Below, one piece after another: positions 1 to 12,935 of a stretch of 64,000 nucleotides of DNA. The notes beneath the pieces were generated by a model. The model was given only the letters and a program-made list of their open reading frames with translations. It did no database searches and was not told the DNA's origin. The stretch comes from Diadema antillarum (lineage: Eukaryota). The stretch's first letter is position 1. Every line of letters begins with the position of its first letter. The stretch is taken from contig NW_027272270.1 in assembly GCF_040938485.1 (NCBI RefSeq), forward strand, positions 372,001 to 436,000, read 5' to 3'. The translations under genes were made by a program, and so were the position numbers.

Positions 1-2334
1 CAAAATCTGTAACCTTACTGTGAAATTGATCATGGATTTCATGAAACTGATTTGTGTTTTAAACCACCTCCAACGAAATTGTACACTATACAACTATCTC
101 CCATATCAATGATAGTGTTATCTGATATATAGTTACTGAATTATTAAGAATCAAAAGTGGATTTTTTTTTAAACGCCTATTAATCCATAGAATACATTCG
201 ATGCAAAATAATGACATGGATGTTTCCTAGAGTGTCAATTCACGGACCCAGTAGTTTGGTCACCTGGTGTGGGCATGTTCATTCTTTTCTTGAACATGAT
301 TTATGAATTCAATGAATTGTTGAGTCGTGCGAACTTATGTGCACATAAGTTGACTCCCAGATGGCTCTTTGTACAGCTCGTTCATGCGTGTTTGAGCTGA
401 GCATCTAACGCAAATTCCATTTCCATAGCAGATCAGCTCTTCTGAGGCTCTTCGTAGCGGCTTACTGCAACTCTGACTTCAAAATTATTTTGTCCACTTC
501 ATAATATCAAGACCCCGCAGATTCCTACCACGTGGAAAATGGTGAGTTAAAACATCATCGTAAAGCATGATTTGAAATATCCACAATGTTCTCGACCAAG
601 GCCTTACTCTCGATATTACCCTTCATCAAATTTCTTGTATCTGTTATGTTTTTGGTTGTATAGCCATGTCTTATAATGTAGGTTTGCAGGCAGTAATATT
701 GAAATGTTCATTTTAGAGTACTGTTAAAACTGGCTAGTTTTATGCGTGCTGTTTTCTGTTCTATTTTGTTTTGTTTCGTAACCATTCTGTGGAATTAGAG
801 CAGCTTTAGCGATAAAATGTCTTGCTAAAGACGTCATGGCATTCCGATTTCCGATTTCCGATTCATTTATTGTTCATTTAGGAAATTCTTTTTGTTGGTA
901 CATGGGCGTGCACATAGGAATATCTACATACATGCATAAACTCACATATATTCATGTACATGTACACATTATAAATGTTACAATTTTCACTACATACACA
1001 ATTATACAAGCATAATTTATACTCACAATACAGTGAACACATACATAATCACAAATTTCAAGTAATTCTTTATATTTACCGATTAACAACAAAACAAAAT
1101 AGTTAAGAAAACGTGGAATCGGATATTCCTATATAGGAAGTGTATCCTTAACATAACCTTTACGCCACCTCCCCCCCCCCCCCCCCCCCACGCACACAAA
1201 CACACATCCCCAAGGATAATACATCGCGTCGTGCCATACCACTTTTGATTAATAACGAATAAAAGGAACGGAACTGAAGTTGATGAATAATTGTTGATAA
1301 ACTTATGGATAAATAGACTAGTGTACTAACTAAACTTATAATGGCAAACATTGCACGCTCATTTTTATGCTGGGATAATTCTCTGTAGTCAGGTAGTGTT
1401 AGTGGTGGACTTGGGTACACCCTGTATGCAGCAGGGCAGCGCATAAGAATTGAACTATACATTAAGCTGCCATGGAGAGAGTTATGTAGTCACATTTACA
1501 TAAGTTAGCTCTTCTGCAAAATTATTACACACGCATGAACAGTGGCCTTGAACTCATGACACTTGATTTTCCTTTTCAGGTATTCAAGCAAGATACAATA
1601 ATTTGCGCGCATTCTCCTGATCACGTAAACTGATATGCAATTCTGAAGGACAGAGTGATTCCTCGACAGAATATGTAAGTTTCATTAATGGATTAATCCG
1701 TAATACATGTACACTTGTATATGTATTTTCAGGTTATTGATTCATCTAGATTTTCAGCATGTGATATCCGTGAAGTATATTAAATTAAAGCGTATTATTA
1801 CACATGAACGCAGTTTTATCAGTTACTATAACGTAGCCACCATTTAGTGGGTTGCGGAAAATTTGATAAGACTATAGTGCAATTTTTGATACCATCTATA
1901 ATCGAGAGATATGTTACTCAAGTGGACCATTGCGATCATTCATTCTTGCCTTTTCCGTTCTACGTCTTCTCAGTTTTTTTGGACTTTTTCCTGAAAACTC
2001 CATGATGGATTGTAACTCATACAGGCAGCATCTCTACCNNNNNNNNNNNNNNNNNNNNNNNNNNNNNNNNNNNNNNNNNNNNNNNNNNNNNNNNNNNNNN
2101 NNNNNNNNNNNNNNNNNNNNNNNNNNNNNNNNNNNNNNNNNNNNNNNNNNNNNNNNNNNNNNNNNNNNNNNNNNNNNNNNNNNNNNNNNNNNGTAACCAG
2201 TATTATTCCATCTGCTTTGTGACTAGAAATATAAGAGGAATATTTCTTTGCAACATTATCATGTTTTACTTATATGACAAAGAGCTGAAATGAATCTATC
2301 CGACCGGATTTGTTTAGAAACCAATATCAAAGCT

Positions 2335-2700
2335 TAAAGGGATGGTATAGTATTGGTGGAGGTGAGGATTTGGGCTTTTAACTTTTTGTGATATACCAAG
2401 AACCTACTTATGAAATAATAGAGAGTATGCCATTCTAAGAGGAATTCTAAAGATTATTTGATGAAAATTGGTTTTTAAATGGATGAGCCATCCAAAAACA
2501 AAATAAAACGCAGCGATCGCGATAAAAAGTGAATCCTGTATTATATTTTTATTGCTCTGTTTTGGATATCGCAGCTATTTCAAAACCATTTCTCATTATT
2601 TCAGCAAAAGACGTTAGAAACCTGAAGTAGATCTATGCAATCAATTTAATTTTCCATTTTCTGGTCAATGGTCATAGTTGCAACCTTTTAGTTTATGTAA
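2335..2700 (+). mobile_element. Possible non-autonomous DNA transposon fragment (TTAA-flanked, Kolobok-like terminus)
   Basis: Begins TTAA|AGGGATGGTATAGTA, a terminus style typical of Kolobok-type elements. No matching right terminus found and the end point is approximate. Confidence 0.35.
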
Positions 2701-5700
2701 GCAACAAAACCGCCTATAGTGTAAACGACCTATTTCCTTCGAAATTTTATTCAGTCATTATTTATTCATGCCAAAATCTCTTTCAGAACCTGGCAGGACT
2801 AAATCCCACAATCTTCACTGTGAATGCTGCGCACTATTTGGCTGGATGGTTGTGATATCTGCCCGAATTCCTGTATACAATCGTGTCTTCCTTCGCTACA
2901 ATGTTTCCGGCCTTCTGTGCTCTGTGGCTTTCAGTATCCCAGACAAGGCAGAAACACCCGATGCATACTTCAGCAGTACATTGCAAGCCTTGATCTGAAC
3001 AGGCAACTATCACGAAGAAAAACCTACGGCATTTCATTAACAATATTGTTCAATAATTGTCTTGATATAGTTTACCAGCCTAAAGTTTTCATGGTGTATA
3101 CTTTTACAAGGAATTGTCACCAGAGAAATGATGTTGTTCAGCTTGTCCCTCCGTTCGTACATCAGTCTGTTATCAATTATGGCAACGTTGTATCACGACG
3201 GGAAATGAAACGAAAAGTACAAGTGGACAAGTTAATGCAGGGAGATTACTTTAGCAGTTGAACACATCGTCACAAATTGAGGAATATCGGAAAATCCGTT
3301 GAAGAGCTATATATACACATATATTTAGAGTTTCAGTGCCGCCATTACGAGATGAGAAAGCTACGTCTTTGACGTCAACCATGGAAAATTATATAAAGAA
3401 ATGTAAAGAAAATAGGCATAGTTTCACGTTTCTAGCATTACAAAAGGAGCACTTGATTTTCTTCTTCCAGAAGGGGGTGGGGGTAATATTACCCTTAACA
3501 TTATGGCAACGACAAATAAGTGGAGGCAATTTGTACTTTTCATTTAGAATCAGATTTTATGGAATTCCCTTGATATTTTCTTCATATACGTTTCCATACA
3601 TGAAAGTGACACTGAAACTTAAAAAATGCATAACTTCCACTGGATCATACGATTTTCCATGTTCACTTATGTGTTCTTATGATATTGCTCCAATCCACGG
3701 GTACATTTGGGTTTCATTCCCCTTTAAGTACTGTTTGAGGTATCCAAATGAAACTTTGCATATGTATGTACGATTGGATGAAGTTACTTCTACCACCTTG
3801 TGGGTGCCAGCGTTCAAGGTCAAATATTGTAGGTCATTGTCAAATTCTACAATGTCATTTCTTGCTCTTTCTTTGTATCTCACCTTGTAAGCACTGTCGA
3901 CATAGTATTGTAGTGTTCTTTTAATAACTTTCCACACTTTTGAGCTATATGACCACCAAATTCACTCCCCAGAACATCTAAAGATGGCTGTCAAGTGTTG
4001 ATATTGGTGAAGTCCGACTCCGTCAACAGTCAAAAAGTCAATGAGCTTACATTTGAAAATCAGTGTAATCACAAATTCGATATGTGGGCAAGACATCACT
4101 TCGCTTTTACCTTGTTAGATGGTGAATATTTGTGAAGCTTCCGTTTCTAATTCATACAGCATCAGCATACCTTATGTCGGAGAATAGTAGTAAAGAAGAT
4201 TAGATACTTTGGCAACAGCGTGTAAAATTCGCAAAATTTTATTTTGTGCCTTATTTGCTGAACAAACGTCGTAGGAGGACTACAACCTGCCTGGCAGTAT
4301 GGCGGAACAATTACTCTATTATTAGCGTCATAGAATAAATGACAATGATGTAGTTCTGAAGCATGCTATTCATTAGATACTTTTGCAATGACTCCATGTA
4401 TACTTTTAATCGAACTAGGTATATAATCATCAATGTCTTGTACTTGAATAACGACAGAATGATTTCGGTGAGGAAAGTTTTCTGTCACGTCATTTAGGAA
4501 TAAGGGAACGTGTCAATATTATGCTATTTGTTCCATAGTTATTTCTGAAGTGGTTAAATGTATTTTCCTTAAAAAAAAAATCATTTTATATATACCTACG
4601 TTGCATCCAGATGCCTATTCGTTGAAAAATATGGGCAATGTATTCAAAGGACAAAGATCATACACTAATGGGCCTAGGGTATACAACATTTCACTCGTTG
4701 TTGTTGTTTTGCTTTGTTTTGTTTTGTGTTTGTTTGTCTTTTTTTTGGGGGGGGGGGACACGGTTCAAAGTGTCCTGAAACCTTGTATAATACATGCATT
4801 TAGTCATGTATGATGCCAAACTGTTCCCGCTCATACAAATGCAGCCGTTTCAAGGAAATAACATAAGATTATTCTTATACTCCATGATGTGGTAATGCTT
4901 AAGTGGTTCATAAGAGTCCAGTGAAACTGTGCACAGAACAAAAAGTGGATTTGACAAGGGTATACGATATCCGCAATTTACTCTTTGACGGGGTCTATCA
5001 TCCGATTAATATGTATAAGCACGGTAGTCCCCTATTCGGAAACTACAAGTTAGATAAGCTGCAATCATTTTGCACGCGACCATGGCGTTACAGCCAAAGG
5101 TGATCTGCAAATCCCTGTGTGCCTACAGAGGATTGGAAAACGTAACAACTTTCTATGTATAGAACAACGAAACAGAAACTGGTGCATGTATTATTCTCAG
5201 TCACTTTGTTAGTCATTATGATGATTTGCTCATTGCAGTTCCGGAATCTCAGCTCGAGGGACTCGAATTGATCACCCAAAACAAAATCTGAATACATAAC
5301 CATGATAACTTCGATTCTACCTAGTCTCCATTGGTAGCCCATAGGGGCTGGTATCAAGTTCGATTTCATATTATAATTATACCTTGTATTTAGATGTTTT
5401 CATCGAAATGCCCGTATACCTGAATATGGTATGCGTATGTCAGTTAAGTATCTAAACCATAATAAATTGTAGTCGTAATCTAAGTGCCAAGAATCTCATG
5501 ATTTGAATAAGTGTGAACACCAAGACATGTCGTGATAAGGACTGTAAGACAATTGGCATCGTCATTATAAAACAAACTCCTAACTGTAAGACAATGTCAT
5601 GTTTTAAATTTTAGATAAATTCATGTCTATGCTGGAAACATATCTTTTTGATGATTCATGATGACGTCACTGTTACATTAATATTGTACGCATGGAAATA

Positions 5701-6288
5701 TGTAGGCCTATTCGTTTAAATGCATACAAACAACTTGTTAAATCCTCTTACATTTTTTCTTTTTTTTTTAGATATGGTGCATACTTTAGAAATGTACGTA
5801 GCATGCTTTTGTTTTTTGAGGCTTTGTGTACTGGCAAAAAGCATATCTTATTCTTATAGATTATGTGAATAAGTACGTATTCAAGTACGTTTTGAATAAA
5901 ACGTATCCAGACAAATGTATATCATATTTTTACCTCTTCCTTCATGCAGATGTATGCTCTTGCCTAGAGAGTTTGTTTGATAGATATTGATAGTGCTCAC
6001 CTCACTGGAAAGGTAATTGGGTAAATATTTGGTTTTAGTATGTCATTCAAACACAACTATAAGTTAACTTCTACATTAACATTTCAAAACTCACAAATTC
6101 CACGCACACATTTCATGATTCACAGGATCCAAATTACACCAATCTTATTTACTTTGCAGAGTGCAACAACAGCATAAGTTTGATATACTGAGCAAACAGG
6201 CTTGCATTAGTTCGCACTATTCAAGGTTTAAAGTAGTTAAGAAACCAAATTGTACCTTGTTATGTGATGCTAAGTATATTTACCTTAT

Positions 6289-6550
6289 AGGTATAATGTT
6301 GCAAATATGTGGTGCTTATTTCATCCATAACTGCTGCAAAATTGCTTCTTTAAAGGAGCCAAGGCAGTGTCACTGCCTGTTCCTCTAGAGACGTAATATT
6401 GCCCAGTAATCTCAAGGTTCACTTGAGGTTATACTGGGCAACATTGCGCCTCTAAAGGCGTAGACAGTGACACTGACTGGCTCCTTTAAAGAAGCAATTT
6501 TGCTGCAGTCATGGATCAAATAATCACCACATAGGTGCAACATTATACCT
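6289..6550. mobile_element. ~260-bp imperfect palindrome (MITE-like hairpin)
   Basis: Arms AGGTATAATGTTGCA...CTCAAG and CTTGAG...TGCAACATTATACCT are centred on about 6419. Confidence 0.75.
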
Positions 6551-6554
6551 CTAT

Positions 6555-7032
6555 ATATATGGCACAAAATCGCACCCTCAAAAGAGGCTACAATCTTGGA
6601 ACTTAGGGTGCTTCTTTGCACCCTCACGAAAGGTGTAAAGTTGCACCAAAAGTAGAGGCAAGAGAGGGTGCAAAGTTGCGCCGAAAATTAAAGGGAGAAA
6701 GATCGCACCCTCAAGAAAGGTGCAACTCGGCACCAATTAGTGTGGGTGGAAAGATGCACCCTCAAGAAAAGGGTGCAACTTAGCACCACTTAGTGTGGGT
6801 GGAAATATGCACCCAAGGGAACCACTTCGCACCCTCAATAAAGGGTGCAATGTTGCACCTTCTTTGGCGGTGCAAAGGTGCACCCACAGGTTGCAAAGTT
6901 ATACCCTTGCGCAAGGTACCACTTTTGCACCCATTTCTCGAGGGTGCAAGATAACACCCATAGGGAGCCACCAGTGTGACATCACTTTGCACCCTTAAAA
7001 GGTGCAAGAATGAATCATTTTTTCTTAGTGTG
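6555..7032. mobile_element. Non-autonomous DNA element with many TGCACC/GGTGCA subrepeats
   Basis: Dense GCACCC/GGGTGCA motifs in both orientations. It ends TTTTTCTTAGTGTG followed by TA. The left terminus is unclear. Confidence 0.6.
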
Positions 7033-8185
7033 TAGCTCATCTCAATCATTCTCCTCTAATTTCTGTTTAAAAAAAAGGAACAACATTATTGTGCCACGCC
7101 CACGAAGATTGCTGGTCGCACTGTCCTGTGGTAGCCACATAGCTCCATTTCACTCATTCCCGGACCCTTCACCCCCTTCCTCTCCCCCACCCGATCCTAC
7201 CTTTTTTATCTCGTCATGCACTTTCTGCTGGATGTCAGTATGGACGGCAAGATACTTGATGGCCCAGGAGAGAGTGAGGGAGATGGTGTCCGTTCCCGCC
7301 AAGAACAGGTCCAGCAGGTCGTAGTGGAGAGCCTCGATGGTAAACGTGTCAGGGTCCGACTTCCGGTGCACCAGGTAGGCATCGAGGAAATCGTGGATTT
7401 CCGGTTCACCTGAAGAATTGAATATAACATAATATATAGAAAAATTATGACTACGAGAGCAATGATGATTACAAGAATGATATACACGAACAAGTAGGTA
7501 TGATAATTAATATGAATGAATAGTGATGATAACTATGATGACGATGATCATACAATGATATTACAATAATGGTGATTAACAGTCATAAACATAATACAAT
7601 TATTCACGGTTATCTCTATAATCATTTCAATTATCTTCATTGTCTTTATTGTCGACATTATGACTATAAGTAGTAGTTTTACTACTGCTATGATCATTGC
7701 TATAATTTGGATCAAAGATTTGTCTTCCATTGATTGGTTAAAAGAGCTTCACGTGATTATAGGTATTTTGAACTATTCTAGAGTGTTGGTGTGTTTGACA
7801 CTCCATGAAGTAATATTTGCAAAATGACGTCACTTTTATGACGACATTTTGCAAATAGTATACTATTTGCAAAATGATGTCACAATCACCCTTCTTCACA
7901 ATCAAGTGTACCAGTCCGCTTCCGGTCCCGAATTCTAGTGTTCAGGTTTGCAGCGGCCATACGAGCGCTTGGATACATGCGACGGGCAACTCTGGCGGTG
8001 CCACGGCTACTACGTTTTTCAATTTCCGATCTCTCGCACTGTTGCGTATTGCAGGCGCTGCGCTGCCATCGCAGTGCGGCTAAGCCTATATAATGATTTT
8101 CACTTTTTATTCAAATTTTTGATCCAAAATATAAAACAAATATACTTTGCCTAGTTTCGAGTTTCTTGTTAAAACTATGGGCCTC

Positions 8186-8256
8186 GGTGACTCCAAACTA
8201 GTACTATTCACTGAGGGGCTGCGCCCCTCAGTGAATAGTACTAGTTTGGAGTCACC
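8186..8256. repeat. Perfect hairpin, 34-bp stem, 3-nt loop
   Basis: GGTGACTCCAAACTAGTACTATTCACTGAGGGGC-TGC-GCCCCTCAGTGAATAGTACTAGTTTGGAGTCACC. Confidence 0.95.
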
Positions 8257-8258
8257 TC

Positions 8259-10004
8259 GGGTGCACGTCACGAGACCGACACCCACGAGTCATACAGCCC
8301 ACAAGTTATACAGCTCACAAGTCATACAGCCCACGAGTCATACAGCTCACAAGTCATACAGCCCACCAGTTATACAGCCCACGAGTTCGACACTGAGTAA
8401 ATAAAGCCCACGAGTTCGACATCAAGTAAAATAAGCCCAGGAGTTATACGGCTCACGAGACCGACACTACGCACAAAAGGCTCATGAGACCGACAGTAAG
8501 CAAACAAAGCCCACGAGACCGACACTACACTTAAATGGTCCACGAGACCGACGCTACGCATACAAGGCTCACGAGACCGACATTACGCAAAAGAGGTTCA
8601 CGAGACCGACACTAAGCAAAGAAGGCCCACGAGACCGACAGGATGAACAGCGCCACCTATAGACCAATAAATTGTATAGGGTGTCCTGATAATAGCATAG
8701 GAAGATATGAGAGATGGAAAAGAAGAGTTGCCATCTCCGGCAGGGTGTTACCCCATCGGTTGCCCCCCCCCCCCCCCCCCCCCCCCCGAAATGATCAGGA
8801 TCTTTAATTGTGTTTGCATGGGTGTGTGTTTGTGAAGAAAAAAAAAATGAACAAAGTACAGTAAAAGTGTGTAACAGATCTTTCCACAATAAACCTGCGA
8901 GGGTGTTGATTCAGTATTAATAAAAAATAAAAAAATAACGTAATCGTCTATTAATGTAGCGTTAGGAATTCGGAAAAAACCAGATGCATCCATGAAAACA
9001 GCTATTGTACTTCACGATAAAATGTACTGTTCGGAGGCGAATAACACAAGCACAAAATTGAGCTGAATCTCTGTGATGTAAAACGTTTTAATCAATAGAA
9101 TTGCATTATAGTTACAGAGAAAATTACAAATAGATCTTACTGCAAAACGTCAAAGCAGGAGGGTAGAATATCTAAAATAGAATAAGTAACTAGTGAATCG
9201 GGAAGGAGAAGAGGTAAAATTTATTTCTTGTCCATCTTCTAGCTAAAAACTGGGAAAGCCTATTAGAAATAGCACGATGGCATTATCAAAGCCCTAAAAT
9301 TAATCCATACATCGTTATTGTCCTCTTTTAAATTCATTTGTGTTTTTTTTTGTCTCTTTTTGGGGGATTAAGAATACTAATTCTTCTATTTATTTCTTTT
9401 TTTGGGGGTGGGGGCATGAAGAATACAATTCAATTTTTCTACTTGATAACAATGTCGCTCCCTGACACACTTTCCCCCCTCCCTAGAAGTATGTAGAAAT
9501 ACATATTTGATGACGGTCATAATTATGTAGATGGTCACCATCTTTCAATTGATAGGGTTACGAAATTACACCCGCCAGTATGTTATTTTTCCGTTCATGG
9601 AACACCCTGTACAGGTGATTGACATGTAGATGGCGCTGTTTATCCTGTCGGTCTCGTGGGCCTTCTTTGCCTACTGTCGGTCTCGTGGGCTTTCTTTGCT
9701 TAGTGTCGGTCTCGTGAGCCTTTATTGCTTAGTGTCGGTCTCGTGGGCCTTTTTTGCCTACTGTCGGTCTCGTGGGCTTTCTTTGCTTAGTGTCGGTCTC
9801 ATGAGCCTTTATTGCTTAGTGTCGGTCTCGTGGGCTATGTTTCTTAGTGTCGGTCTCATGAGCCTTTAGTGCGTAGTGTCGAACTCATGGGCTGTATGAC
9901 TCCTGAGCCGTATAACTCGTGGGCTGTATGACTCATGGACCTATTATTGATGTCGGTCTCGTGGACCGTATGACTCGTGGGTGTCGGTCTCGTGGGATGC
10001 CCCC
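8259..10004. mobile_element. Foldback DNA transposon with ~400-bp modular TIRs and 8-bp TSD
   Basis: TSD GTCACCTC at 8251-8258 and 10005-10012. The termini are GGGTGCACGTCACGAG and the reverse complement of GGGGGCATCCCACGAG. The arms are built of repeated CACGAGACCGAC / GTCGGTCTCGTG modules. Absent from the paralogous CYP-D intron 3. Confidence 0.9.
8677..9609. mobile_element. Probable Tc1/mariner-type non-autonomous element nested at the foldback axis
   Basis: Termini TA|TAGGGTGTCC and GGAACACCCTG|TA, with TA on both sides. The foldback arms run up to these TAs. Confidence 0.55.
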
Positions 10005-12866
10005 GTCACCTCTGCCCATAGTTTTAACAAGAAACTCTCAAGGCCAAGTATATTTGTATACTATAATTGCAATCATTTTGATATTGGTAATTGTCAATCA
10101 TCGAGGATGATCTTTAGTAGGGAAAACGTTCATAGATAATTCATATGAATGAATATACAACGACAATGAGCAATAATTTATAAACACATTTTTCTTCTAT
10201 GAAGATATAAGAGTCTACGTCTTGACGTATATACACGTTTAAGTCAAGCGCTTTTACGGTTTATTGTCATCAACAGGCGATTAATGTGCTCATTAGCGGA
10301 ATACCTTCTTCATAAAAAAAAAAGGTTTGTCGTGATTCATCAAAACATAAAAGATTAAGAATACTTGACCAGTAAATAAGACGAGGTGAAGGAAAGAGTA
10401 TTGTGACGTCATTATCCAGCAGATAATGCGATAGCCTTGTTTCAATACGTGCCTCCAGGAGGCATCCTGTTTTGTTTCGTGATAGCTTGGCTCAGGGAGG
10501 TGGGAAGAGATTCCCATCTCCCTGCTTAGGCTATATAATGATGCTTCATTTCACAGCTATCCTTGAAACCAGCCTCCCTTTCTCCCTTTCTATTTAGATA
10601 ACCTCTCCTTCAATAGTCTAGCTCCTCCAAAATGTCCTCTCAAAAGATAAGTGTTTGGGTGATGTGGTTCACTGACTATGTTTGGTATCTTTTAAGAGTC
10701 ACTTGAAGCGAAAGAAGGGGATCGTCCGTAATTGTCCGAATACCTGGGCGCCGCCGTGTTTGCAATGACCCGCTGCAAGGGACTATTTTACCTTGTTTAC
10801 ACCACACACTTCGCGAGAAGTGAGGTGGAACGCAGCCACTCCCGACATGGGAGACCTCGGTTCTATTTTCCGTCAGAGGGATAGAATGTGCTAGCTTAAT
10901 CCCAATCACAGAGAGAGCATTATGATATACACTACCTTTGGTTCCAGGATATCCTATCTTCACTATGAGGAAATAATCATAACGCTGAAATTATTTATCC
11001 AGCAGGTCGCTCGGGCGTGGTTACTCGGAGTCACGTACTCACCCGTCGCCGCGTCCAACCTCGCCTGGTGACTCTCGATCTGTTCGTTGAAGATCTTCTT
11101 CACTATCTCCCATGACGAGAGCAAATCCCGCCATTTCTTGGAGAATTGCATGATCGGCCAGGCGGACGGCACGAGTGTCAACAAGGCTCCCTCGTTGCCA
11201 ACCATGAGGTGGCGGACGTTTTCCATGAGCTCGCTGGCCGAGTCTGACCCATGTTCCTCTCGCCTCTTCATGACAAGGGTGCAAATTACGTTGGAAGAAG
11301 TCACCCCGAGGGCTGTCCGAGGATCTATCACTGAACCTCCGGTGCTCTGTGGAAGAAATATGGGGGAGGGGTTGGAGTTAATTCCACTGTAACGATGGTG
11401 TTTCATGAAAATTAATTGATGTCAACAAACCTTACTCAAATAAAAGTCACTCCATAAAGCATAATCTTTACTGATCTTGTCTTTAAAGTAAAATCAAACG
11501 AGGTCATTCGTGATTCCTCTCTCCCCCACACCCTGTACATGCAGTATTTTTTTCTGTTTCTGTGTATAATTTCTTGAGGATAGCTAGTTTTAAACAGCTT
11601 TGTCGCGATGAAAGGGCTGTCATTTCATCAAGAATCATTACACATGCTTATAGTGACGGCCCCTGCGACGTGGAACATGTCACGGAAGAGAAAATGGCAC
11701 GATCTATTTTGATTTGTTTCTACCTAATATATTCCGTTTGTTTTTAAAACTTGCCATTCCGTCCCTTTTGTCTTTGAACTTTCATTTGTACAGCGTATTC
11801 TTGGAAAAAATAAATTGTAGAAATAAATTGGAGCTGATAATGCGGAGGTAACGACTAGAAAGTCTGCATGAATAACGGAAGCGATGATGAATATGCATAG
11901 CAAAATAATATACCCCCTCCCTACTCCAAATAAAGGGTAATGAACTACAACCTTGAAGTACTTGACGAGGTGGTTGACTTCTTCCTGGATGAGTGGTTCA
12001 AGGGACACCTTTCCAAATCCCATACCTCTCAGGGTGGTGTGAGCGAACTTACGGTGCTGTTTCCACATCTCGTCAGCTCGACTGTCGAAAATACCTGGAA
12101 AATATCCATTCAGAATATATGTATACACGTAGGCACTAATATTTCCGCATTTACAGAATCCCCTTGTATATTTGAGGTAAATTACCCTTTGATATCAGGA
12201 CAGCAAATGACTGCATAATTCACGTCAGCGAATACCTGCAGGTATATGGCTTTAAAATACTATAAGTAGACCGAACTGCGACTAAGCTCACTACGAAAAT
12301 CAAACATAATAATTGTTATTCAATATCGAATTGAGGTATAAACCAAGCTGGTATAACTTTTTTTTTTCTTCACATTTATACATGAGTTTTTAATATATTA
12401 TAAAGGTATACCTCTCTAGTTCTACTTAAAGATGAAGTTTGGCTGAATTTGACCCGAGAAATAAACTAACTTTGGTCATAAACACTAGCCGTAATTTTGC
12501 AATCCCTGTCGCGGCGCAGCTATAGCAGCTATTCTAAATTACAAATTCAATGCACATCTATCAAGAACTGCAACAGAGCAGCGCGACTTAATTTTCCCTT
12601 TATGTAATTTCTGGATGAGAAAAAAAAATCATGAAAACAATGTAGGCCTACACATCCACCAATTTTGGTGGCTTGACATCTATTTCTCGTGGAATTTCTG
12701 GAGGGGAGACCTCTGAATTGTCGAGCATATTGCTGTAGGTACCGATACAATATGGTCGTGATAGCCACAGCCTCATACTCAGTGATAGCTCCTAATTTTA
12801 CTATCACAACTACAGTGTACAACCATTTTGCAATTAACTAAACATTCTTGTTAGTTCAGTTGCAAA

Positions 12867-12935
12867 CTACTATACTACTACTACTACTACATTGTACTAC
12901 TACTACTGCTACTACTACTACTACTTACTACTACT
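12867..12935. repeat. (TAC)n microsatellite in CYP-A intron 1
   Basis: Direct reading. The paralogous tract at 55196-55262 and 56059-56088 is split by the solo LTR. Confidence 0.9.

Noticed and set aside
1160-1462. 100-aa minus ORF with a hydrophobic, TM-like segment
   Set aside because: No recognisable family, it runs into a poly-G/GT tract, and no partner exons were identified.
1580-1674. Plus-strand segment with good acceptor and donor (TTTTCAG...GTAAGT)
   Set aside because: All three frames contain stops. It could be a non-coding exon, but sequence alone cannot support that.
8259-10004. ~29-bp periodic CACGAGACCGAC repeats resembling a CRISPR array
   Set aside because: Eukaryotic intron, no unique spacers, no cas genes. 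The repeats are mirror-image arms of a TSD-flanked transposon.
11724-12128. Long ORFs extending CYP exon 2 (also 43904-44170 and 54022-54441) and exon 1 (13068-13598)
   Set aside because: These are chance read-through into introns. P450 similarity stops at conserved GT donors that give matching exon lengths in all copies.
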